A DNA stretch of 64,000 nt from Zygnema circumcarinatum SAG 698-1b (lineage: Eukaryota; Plantae; Zygnematophyceae): positions 124,001 through 188,000 of the forward strand of contig CM074823.1 of the NCBI GenBank assembly GCA_037447605.1, in the 5' to 3' direction. A program made the translations under genes and the position numbers. Below are positions 10,921 through 21,298 of the stretch, piece by piece (positions within the stretch are counted from its first letter, which is position 1; every line of letters starts with the position of its first letter). Below the pieces are notes generated by a model. That model saw only the letters and a program-made list of their open reading frames with translations, was not told where the DNA came from and did no database searches.

Positions 10921-12257
10921 CTACAACGCTACCTCCCCCATGCGGCCATACCATCCATGGATGCACATCCTCCTCTTCACATCGTAATGCCAATACCCAT
11001 TCTTCACCAATCTCTCAACTTTCTGATCCTTTCCCTTAATCCAATTGTTATGCAAAATCGAGCAATTGCGTCTCCGACACGCCTCCGTCACGTCACGCTC
11101 CTCCCAAAACCCATGAACCATGCCGTTGGGGTACATTCTCCGATCCAAAAAAATGACCTTCAGCCCATTGGTCCACAGACACTCCTCTCTCCCCTTCACC
11201 ACCAACTGCCCCTTCACACCACATAGAACGTCGTAAAAACTGGGCTGTTCCGATAAACTGGTCTTCGCTGCATGTGCCGTTATGGCTTCAAAAGCTTCAA
11301 TGGTTTGGGGGTCAGAACGAGCAAAATAGAACCCAGAATTTATTCTCCGAATTCCTGTTCCTGGTAGAGAGGAGTTCGGTTCATTACTTTGTATGGGAAA
11401 GGTGCCCTCCCCAAAAGAGAGGAGGTGAGGGAGGGGGTCCGTATACCATACAATATCAACATCGGTCCATAGAACGGAGTAGCCTGCTCGAAGGACCCTT
11501 AGAACAGCCCGAGATTTTAACTTAGTGAAATTTCGAAAACACGCCGACCCAAAAGCGCAATTTTCCGAATCTATATTCTTTAGTTTGTTTCCCGCCGGTT
11601 CGTAGTACACCGCCAGTCCCTGTGTGAACGCGAACTCATAGAGCTTTTCGTCCAGAGCGGCGATGACTAAATTTGAATCGAGCCCCAAAATCCGAAGTCT
11701 GCAAATGAAATTCATGAGCATCTCCGTGTAGCCGAATGTGACGGCGACAAGTGTCACTATCTTGAGGTCGTCCACTGAGATCGCGACAGCTGGCAGCAGC
11801 TGCTCCATAGTGTGGGGGAGACCCGGCTTTGAGTTCTCTCTGGGCGTTGCGACGATGGCGAATTCGGTCCTTCGGTCGACCGAAACCATTCCGCAAATCC
11901 AATGGCCGGTTTTGTCAGTTTTTGGGTCGGACTGGGTGGAGGGGATGTAGGGAGAGTACTCGCAGGAGCAGTTGGCGGGACGGACGCGCTTCAGGAGACA
12001 CATGTTGCCGACTGAAAAGGGAGGAGAGAGAGAGAGAGAAGGGGGGGAGAGAGAGAGAAGGGGGGAGAGAGAGAGAGAGAGAAGGGGGGGAGAGAGAGAG
12101 AAGGGGGGGGAGAGAGAGAGAGAAGGGGGGGGAGAGAGAGAGAGAAGGGGGGGNNNNNNNNNNAGGGGGGGGAGAGAGAGAGAGAAGGGGGGGAGAGAGA
12201 AAGAAGGGGGGGAAGAGAGAGAGAGAAGGGGGGAGAGAGAGAGAAGGGGGGGGAGAC

Positions 12258-12288
<31 letters not shown>

Positions 12289-12360
12289 GGGAGAGATAGA
12301 GAGAAGGGCGAGAGAGGGAAGGGGGAGAAGGGGTGGAGAGGGAGAGAGAGAGAGAGAGAG

Positions 12361-12399
<39 letters not shown>

Positions 12400-14646
12400 A
12401 GGGGGAGAGAAAGGGGGGAGAGGGAGAGGAAGAGAGAGAGAGTCAATTAGGGAACGAAACGGGAGAAGTACAACAGTGAAAACACAACGGGAGAGGGGGA
12501 AAGGGAAAAGACGGGGAGAGAAAGAGGGAGTGGGACGGGGGTAGGGAGGGAAGGAGACGGGAGAGTGAGAGCGAGAGCAGGCATTAGAATAGTAGGGTTG
12601 AGTCACTGATAGGTTTTAAATAGAGCAGAATTTTAAGTTTCTGACCATTTCTTGGGTTTTGACATACGTGACAGGCAACAGAGGGTAGGCAGAGCAAGAA
12701 ATGGGCGGGTGGGAGAGAAGTATTCAGAGAGAATGAGAGAGGGAGAACAGAGGAAGAGGAAGGAGGGGGCAGGGAGAAAGCGAGAGTGGGAGATGGATAG
12801 AATGATGAAGGCAGCAAGCGTGGGAGGGAGGGAGAGAGGGAGGAAGGCATTGGGAGGTTGATAATAACTAAGTTCGTTAGTTAAAACTAACTGGTTGGTT
12901 AATCAGTTCAAACCTAATAGTTAATCAGTTCAAACTTAATAGTTAGTCAGTTCAAACTTAATAGTCAGTCAGTTCAAACTTAATAGCTAGTCAGTTCAGA
13001 CTTAATAGTTAGTCAGTTCAAACTTAATAGTTTATCAGTTCAAGCTTAATAGTTAGGCAGGTCAAACTTAATAGTCAGTCAGTTCAAACTTAATAGTCAG
13101 TCAGTTCAAGCTTAATAGTCAGTCAGTTCAAACCTAATAGTCAGTCAGTTCAAACTTAACAGTTAGTCAGTTCAAACTTAATAGTTAGTCAGTTCAAACT
13201 TAATAGTTAGTCAGTTCAAACTGATAAGTTAGTCAGTTCAAACTTAATAGTTAGTCAGTTCAAACTTAATAGTTAGTCAGTTCAAACTTAATAGTTAGTC
13301 AGTTCAAACTGATAAGTTAGACAGTTCAAACTTGTAAGTTAGTCAGTTCAAGCCTAATAGTCAGTCAGTTTAAACTTACTGCTGGGCTCGTGACAGGACG
13401 CTATCCTCCAAGGAGCATGCAGCGCTGTCCCCTTCTGATTGGTGTACGAGCCGTACGCCTCCGCCAAGTGAATGTTGTTGAACATCTCCCAACTGTTCTT
13501 CTTCCGCGAACTCCAAAAATTCTTCCCCGCTTCGACCGAATTCAGGGTCCCGTTCGCGCCCAACGACTCAACATGAAGGTACGAATGCGCAACATGCAAA
13601 TTGGTCAAAGCCTCGCCGGCATCGACGACCTCTCTGAACCCCGCGGAAATCACTTCATGCGTGAACCAGTTGTCATATTTTGATCGCCCAAATGTGAACG
13701 GGGGCATCGCCCCCTTGAAGAGCCCCTCCGAGGGTTTATTCCAAAGCCAAAAGTCAACTCCTCCGTACGTGTGAAGACTCCCGTGGGTCCGAACAAAGTC
13801 TCGAATTTCGTCGTCCATTTTCGCACGGGACTCTTCCGACATTGTTCTCATTTTTTGGGGCTCAAAAGTGAAGGGAAATTCGGAACCTAAATCCCATCGA
13901 GGAGCTGTGATCATCCAATTCTTGAAAGTGGATCCGACTTTGTTAATCACGTGGTAAATGTCGTTCAACAAAAGGATGTCTCCGTTAATGACCATAGAAA
14001 GCTCCGTCTCCGCGGCCTGAGCCCTCGCAATAATGCTGTGGAACTGCGGCATGCCGTTGAACGTGTGATCCAGGTTTGGATCCACTTCCACATTTTCCGG
14101 AAACTCTCGAGCTATGTCATCAAAAGTGGAATCTTTACCCAAAATTATCACTTTTGGGGGGGGCCGCAGCGCCAGCCATGAGAGCAGAGCCCTCCTTTGG
14201 GGGTCCCCCGGGCCCGGTCCAAAGGGCTTTGGGATGCAAAAAATGGTAAGGGAAGGCACGTCTGGAAGCTGCCACGGAACTGAGGTTTCATGTGCGCCTC
14301 CGTCCGTGGGCTCGTTGAACAGTAACGCGACGGCTCGTCTCCTTGCGCCGCCGTTTCCGTAGTCCTCGACGGAGAGGTGGTTCGCATGGAAGCGGTAGAG
14401 ACCCAGAGATCGTTTGATCTTGAGGAGGAGAGGAGGGGGTGATGTCATCGATGAGGCTGATGACGTCAGGTCGCAGGGGAGGGGGGAGCGCTGGAAGACG
14501 GCGAGGGACCAAAGGAAGAGAGAGAGAGCGAGGAGGAGGGGGGTGAGGCGGAAGAAGGTTCCGAGAAGCTTCGAGAGTCCGTACGCGAAGCTATGGCCGG
14601 CAGTGGGGTAGCGGCCATGGCCGGCCGGGGGGACGAAACGCTTCAT
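10921..14646 (-). CDS. RAY1: RAY1-like beta-arabinofuranosyltransferase (GT77, nucleotide-diphospho-sugar transferase), type II membrane protein, ~785 aa, 2 exons
   Basis: Exon 1 is 14646-13380 (donor GTAAGT) and exon 2 is 12011-10921 (acceptor TTTTCAG); the phase-1 join gives EPSIGNMCLL. It has an N-terminal TM helix, RAY1-type motifs (LTIFCIPKPF, RRALLSWLAL, DHTFNGMPQFHSIIARAQ) and a C-terminal GT77 domain (VLWTDVDIVW DXD motif, INSGFYF, EQPSFYDVLC, ILHNNWIKG). Confidence 0.85.
12897..13379. repeat. 22-bp minisatellite (~22 copies) at the 5' end of the RAY1 intron
   Basis: Unit TAATAGTTAGTCAGTTCAAACT repeats head-to-tail up to the splice donor at 13379. Confidence 0.95.
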
Positions 14647-15313
14647 GGAGGGAGGGAGGAAGGGGGGGGAGAGAGAGAGAGAGAGAGGAGTGAGGGAGGG
14701 TGAGTTGAGGGGAGCGATCAGAGGAGAGAATGAGAGTGTGAGAGGGAGAGAGTGGGGCGAAATGGGGCGAGAGAGGGAGAAAGGGGGAGATATAAGGAGA
14801 GAGAGAGAAAAGCACTGCCACGTGGCACTCGCTCACGGCCTGGCCCGCCCTTTGCTGTACGGTTTTCCTTGTCGTTTAGGGGGGAAGGTAGAGGGAGGGC
14901 GAAGGGAGGGGAATGGAGACGGAGGGAGAGGAGAGGGAAGCTGAAGGAGATGGAGCTTGAGAGGGAGGGAGAGAGGGAGAGAGGGAGAGAGGGAGAGAGG
15001 GAGAGAGGGAGAGAGGGAGAGACGGAGGGAAAGAGGGAGAGGGAGAGAGAGGGAGGGAGCGGGAGAATGAGGGAGATAGAGAGAGGGGGCGAGGGAGGGA
15101 GGGCGCCAGCGGCCGCAGAGCGAGTGCGACAAGAAACCTCCGCTTTAAATCGCGGCCCAATTTTTGTCCCTTCCGCGAACGGGGCCATGTGCGTCCGTAC
15201 GCTTGTCAGCCTTCTGTCGTTGGGACATGTACGGACTGTACGAAATGTACCAATTGTATGGATTGTACCAACTGTACCAGCTGTACTTCCTTTTTTTCTT
15301 TACTTTCTTTTTT

Positions 15314-16358
15314 GGAGAATGCTACTGCACCCCCTATTTTGGTTATTCCACCCCCCTTTCTGAAATTTTTGCCTGCGCATTTTGGTTATCCCACCCTCAT
15401 GTTTTGGATATTTCACCCCCCCCCTATTTTGGATATCCTACCCCATTGTTTTTCCCTTTTCACTACTGACTTCCAACATTGTGCAACAAAAGAAAAGGAG
15501 ATTTACATTGTTCTCAAGATGGTGAGGCCATCAAATGAACATGGACAAAGTCAACATGGGGAACCACAAAAAAACTGGTCGCAAAAGACCTAAGCACAAA
15601 ATAAAAAAACTCGGAGCAGAAACCTAAAAAAAAAAAACTAAACTAAACTAAGGCTAATCGCAAAAAAGCAGCACTTAAAGCAGCCGCAAAGGTCCCCAAT
15701 GTGAGGCAACCGTTACTCTTTGTTTTCAGGTTAGGAATTTAGACCCCCTAATTAAGGCAAGTTCTTAAGTTGTAGCCTGGTTGCTTGCAATTGGAAGATT
15801 TTTTCCTTTCAGCGTACTCAAAATGGCTCTTATCCCGATTGATTGCTATGCAGCGCGCGTGATGCAAACCTGCCCCCAGCAGAGTTCGAACACATGACCT
15901 TTCCGTACCCACCTATATGCTTTACCATTAAAAGGCAACCACGGATACATACGCTTCAATCTATAGCGTTTTCCTACAGCGCGCTAGTAGGTCGACATCG
16001 TTTCTTCATAACCGGGTGGGGGTTGGAGGGAGGGAAGGGCCGGGGAGGGCAGGGCAGGGGGAGGGGAGCGGAGGGGATGGGAGGGGAGGGCAAAAGATAA
16101 CCTTCCGAAATACTCAAAACAGGGTTTTAGGGTTTTTAGGGTTTTTAGGGTTTTTAGGGTTTTTAGGGTTTTTAGGGTTTTTAGGGTTTTTAGGGTTTTT
16201 AGGGATATCCTACCCCCCTGTTTTGAAAAGGGGGGGGGAGGGGGGGGACGAGAGGTGAAATATCCAAAATAGGGGGGTGGGATAACCAAAATGGGCAGGC
16301 AAAATTTTCAAAAAGGGGGGTGGAATAACCAAAATAGGGGTGTGCAGTAGCATTCTCC
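15314..16358. mobile_element. Second long-TIR element of the same family as 8979-9868, in the RAY1/EXO70 divergent spacer
   Basis: GGAGAATGCTACTGCAC (15314) is mirrored by GTGCAGTAGCATTCTCC (ending 16358). Its internal ~150 bp (CACTACTGACTTCCAACA...CAAGATGGTGAGGCCATCAAAT...GGACAAAGTCAACATGGG, ~15460-15570) matches ~9365-9470. No clean TSD. Confidence 0.8.
16121..16204. repeat. Telomere-like TTTTTAGGG tandem array
   Basis: About 9 near-perfect 9-mers inside the TIR element. Confidence 0.9.
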
Positions 16359-17074
16359 CCTTTTTTTCTCGTTTTTTTCTTCTTTTCCTTTTTTCCTTTC
16401 CATCCCTCATGCTGGGCAGCCATGCATGAGGGCATAACGAATGGGGATCATTCCAGCCAATCACAAAAAACCACGTATGGTAATTCACCACGTGGCACGT
16501 TCCGAATGGTAGATGCCATCGCCTCCTGATAGCTGCCCGGAAATTTTTGTGACGAGAGTTGACGCATCCGTACAGAGGTCGCAATGTTTCGTACGAAAGG
16601 ATCACACGTGGCGGGCTCCAATTCGCGATAGTTCCCGGAAAGCACATCAACATAGGACGTGGTCGGTGGACGCAGGTGAACGCATGGAACGGTCAAACTA
16701 GCAGTCAGTCAGTCCGCCAGCTGGCGCTCCACGATTGGCTGCCTTGTACCCGGTCAAGACAGGTCAAGACACGTGGCGCTTCCCCCACTCTCCCTGTCTC
16801 CCTCCCTCCCTCCCTCCCTCCCTCCATCCCCCCACTTCCCCCCCCTCCCCCATCTCCATCCCTCCGTCCCCCCTCTCCCTCCCCCCCTCCCCATTCTTCC
16901 TCCCTCCCCCCTCTCCCTCCCTCCCTCCTCCCTCCCTCTCCCTCCCTCCCTCCTCCCTCCCTCCCTCCCTCCCTCCCTCCCTCCTCCCTCCCTCTCCCTC
17001 TCCGTCTCCCTCTCCCTCTCCCTCTCCCTCTCCTCTCCTCTCCCTCTCCCTCTCCCTCTCCCTCTCCCTCTCCC

Positions 17075-19384
17075 TCTCCCTCTTCCTCTCCCTCTCCCTC
17101 CCCCTCCCCTCCAATGGGCAGCGCCGTCGGCGAGGTGGCCTGCGTGGCAGCGGCGGCGGCGCGTCTGCGCGAACAGCTGGCGGCCTCGCAGCGCACGAGC
17201 GAGCAGATGACCGCGATCCTCGGCTCGTTCGACGACCGCCTCTCCACGCTCGAGACCGCCATGCGCCCCACGCAGGTCCGCGCGGGTGCAAGGGTTCAAG
17301 GGCAGGGTTCAGGGTTTCATGCTCAGGGTGTAAGGTTAGGGTTTAGGGTGTGCGGTGTAGGGTTTAGGGTTGACGGTTTAGGGTTTAGGGTGCACGATTT
17401 AGGGTTTAGGGTGCATGGTTTAGGGTTTAGGGTGCACGGTTTAGGCTTTAGGGTGTACGGTTTAGGGTTTAGGGTGCACGGTTAAGGGTTCAGGGTGTAG
17501 GGTTTGTCTCTCTGTCTCTCTATGGAGGCCTTTTTTTTCTCTCGCTCTCTCACTCCAAACAGAACCAGCCGTGATCATGTTCTCCTTGTTCTTAGTTGAG
17601 CTCTAGCAGCTTAGGGCCGGAAATTACATGCTTCCCATCCAGTTCCAAAATCGTAGGGTTTTAGAACCTGTCAATTGGATTTGTTCTCTCGAAATCCGTT
17701 CAAACCCCTTCAACCCGCAAGGCTCTAAAATCCTCAACCCTAACCCTAAAACGTAAACCCGGACCATGTTCAATCCCTGCAAACCTAAAAAAAACTTAAG
17801 GTTTTAACTTTAAAACCCGTAACTTTAGCAGTGTTTAATGTAAGCTTGCTCATTTCTACTTTATTCCTCTTTTCCGTCTCTTGTTTACAGATTCGAACAC
17901 ATTCGTTTCGGAAGGCGTATGAAAACATCGAATTAACTCTTAAGCAGGCGGAGGAGGTGTTGGCGCAGTTCGATGTTTCCCGGCAGGTGGGCAGCCTTCA
18001 ACCCTAGAACCTTAAAAAACAGAGAATCTTGGCAAACCCTACTGTATTAAAACTCTACTATTTCTGAACTATTTCTGCGTCTCTCTTTATTTTTCCACCC
18101 ATTCACTCCCTCCCTTCCATCACCTCTTCTCTTTGAAATTCGCTTCCTTTCTCCCTCCCTACCTCCCTCCCTCCCCTCCCCTCCCTCACCCCTCCTATCC
18201 ATCCCCTCCCCCCCCTCCTCCCCTNNNNNNNNNNCTCCCTCTTCCTCTCCCTCTCCCTCCCCCCTCCCCTCCAATGGGCAGCGCCGTCGGCGAGGTGGCC
18301 TGCGTGGCAGCGGCGGCGGCGCGTCTGCGCGAACAGCTGGCGGCCTCGCAGCGCACGAGCGAGCAGATGACCGCGATCCTCGGCTCGTTCGACGACCGCC
18401 TCTCCACGCTCGAGACCGCCATGCGCCCCACGCAGGTCCGCGCGGGTGCAAGGGTTCAAGGGCAGGGTTCAGGGTTTCATGCTCAGGGTGTAAGGTTAGG
18501 GTTTAGGGTGTGCGGTGTAGGGTTTAGGGTTGACGGTTTAGGGTTTAGGGTGCACGATTTAGGGTTTAGGGTGCATGGTTTAGGGTTTAGGGTGCACGGT
18601 TTAGGCTTTAGGGTGTACGGTTTAGGGTTTAGGGTGCACGGTTAAGGGTTCAGGGTGTAGGGTTTGTCTCTCTGTCTCTCTATGGAGGCCTTTTTTTCTC
18701 TCGCTCTCTCACTCCAAACAGAACCAGCCGTGATCATGTTCTCCTTGTTCTTAGTTGAGCTCTAGCAGCTTAGGGCCGGAAATTACATGCTTCCCATCCA
18801 GTTCCAAAATCGTAGGGTTTTAGAACCTGTCAATTGGATTTGTTCTCTCGAAATCCGTTCAAACCCCTTCAACCCGCAAGGCTCTAAAATCCTCAACCCT
18901 AACCCTAAAACGTAAACCCGGACCATGTTCAATCCCTGCAAACCTAAAAAAAACTTAAGGTTTTAACTTTAAAACCCGTAACTTTAGCAGTGTTTAATGT
19001 AAGCTTGCTCATTTCTACTTTATTCCTCTTTTCCGTCTCTTGTTTACAGATTCGAACACATTCGTTTCGGAAGGCGTATGAAAACATCGAATTAACTCTT
19101 AAGCAGGCGGAGGAGGTGTTGGCGCAGTTCGATGTTTCCCGGCAGGTGGGCAGCCTTCAACCCTAGAACCTTAAAAAACAGAGAATCTTGGCAAACCCTA
19201 CTGTATTAAAACTCTACTATTTCTGAACTATTTCTGCGTCTCTCTTTATTTTTCCACCCATTCACTCCCTCCCTTCCATCACCTCTTCTCTTTGAAATTC
19301 GCTTCCTTTCTCCCTCCCTACCTCCCTCCCTCCCCTCCCCTCCCTCACCCCTCCTATCCATCCCCTCCCCCCCCTCCTCCCCTC
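17075..19384 (+). repeat. ~1.16-kb direct tandem duplication of EXO70A exons 1-2 across an N gap
   Basis: Copy 1 is ~17075-18224 and copy 2 is ~18235-19384, with the gap at 18225-18234. The only differences I noticed are homopolymer lengths (C-run before the ATG, T-run near 17531/18691). Confidence 0.9.
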
Positions 19385-20331
19385 CCTCACCCCTCCTATC
19401 CCTCCCCTCCCCACCTTCCCCCCCCTCCTCCCCTCCCTCACCCCTCCTATCCCTCCCCTCCCCACCTTCCCCCCCCTCCTCCCCTCCCTCACCCCTCCTA
19501 TCCCTCCCCCCCCCCCCCTCCCCCCCCTCCTCCCCTCACCCCTCCTATCCATCCCCCCCACCCTCCCCCCCCTCCTCCCCTCCCTCACCCCTCCTATCCC
19601 TCCCCCCCCCCCCCTCCCCCCCCTCCTCCCCTCCCTCACCCCTCCTATCCCTCCCCTCCCCACCCTCCCCCCCCCCTCTCCCCTCCCTCACCCATCCTAT
19701 CCCTCCCTTCCCTCGCCCTCCTCCCTCCCTCACCCCTCCTCTCCCCCCCTCCCCCCGCCCTCCTCCCCTCCCTCACCCCTCCTATCCCTCCCCTCCCCCC
19801 CCTCCCCCCCCCTCCTCCCCTCTCTCACCCCTCCTATCCCTCCCCTCCCCCACCTCCCTCCCCTCCTCCCCTTCCTCACCCATCCTATCTCTCCCCCTCT
19901 CCTCCCCTCCTCCCCCTCCTCCCTCCCTCCCTCCCCCCCTCCCTCCCTCCCCAGGTGGAGCCCCGCGTGAAGGAGGGTCCCCGGCGCGACCTGGAGGGGT
20001 ACCTCGGCGCGGTGGACCGCCTCCAGGCCGCGGTCGCGTTCTTTGCCCGCCACCGCCAGTTCCGCGCCGCGGAGGCCGCCGGCCAGCACGCGCGGGACCT
20101 GCTCCGGGAGGCGCTGCTGCGACTCGAGGAGGACTTCCGGAACCTGCTCGCGCAGCACAGGCATGCATGCACCCATGCATGCACCCATGCATGCCCGCAT
20201 TCATGCATGCGTCCATACGTGCACTTGTGGTTGTTGGTATTGTTATTGATCGGCTTGCTTTTGTTCCTGATGTTTAGCTCTCTCTCTCCCTCTCTCTCCT
20301 CTCTCTCTCTCTCTCTCTTCCTCTTTCTCTC

Positions 20332-20367
<36 letters not shown>

Positions 20368-21230
20368 GCTTCCCCTCTCTCTCTCTCCCTCCCCCCCATC
20401 TCTCTCTCTCTCTCTCTCGCCCTCTCCCTCTCTCTCTCCCTCCCTCCCTCCCTCCCTCCCCCCCAGCAAGTCTGCCGACCCCGAGCGGCTCGCGGAGGCC
20501 CTCCCCGACAGCGGCGGGGCGGGCCCCGGCGAGGAGGAGGACGCGGCGGGGAGCGAGTTCGCGCCCAAGGAGAAGGCGCCACCTGTCAGCCTCCCGCAGA
20601 TGCTCCCGCCAGCTGTCATCACGCGATTGCACGCCATCGCGGACCGTCTCGTCACGGGCGGCTCCACGCAGTGCGCTGTCGCCTACCGGTAGGCGCAGGG
20701 TGACGTCACGTGACGTCACAACCTTCACCTATGTAGTTCAGTAAATTACTTAAAGGAAGACAAAACTGGACCGTTATCCTCCCCCCCTTCTTATATCTCT
20801 CTCTCTCTCTTTCTCTTTCTCTCTCTCTAGCAACCTTTATCCTTCGCTCGTTCTTATCTCTCTCTATTTCTGTCTCTCTCCTTTCCGCGAAAGCTCTCCC
20901 CTTCTTCGTCCCTCCCCCCTTTCCCCCCTTATGTTCTTTCATACCTCCTCCTCCCTCACCTCTCCCCATCTCTCTCTCCTTCCCTCCCCCGCTCCTAACC
21001 CCCCGCCCCCCCCCCTCCCCTTTTATTTTTGACGTGGTGACTATGCTTTTTCTTTTACAGAGAAATTCGCGACAAGACATTGGAGCAGAGTCTGCGTCGC
21101 TTGGGAGTGGAAAGATTGAAAACTGAAGACATATTCCGCATGCAGTGGGAGGACCTGGAGGGACGCATCAGCGGTTGGATCAAACACCTCCGCATCGCAG
21201 TGCGCCCCTCAACCATCTCTCTCTCTCTCC

Positions 21231-21298
<68 letters not shown>

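Noticed and set aside
12897-13379. 22-bp array as a CRISPR locus
   Set aside because: Units are head-to-tail with no unique spacers, there are no cas genes, and the setting is a eukaryotic intron.
16016-16258. (GFL)n and (LKT)n ORFs
   Set aside because: Translations of the TTTTTAGGG array.
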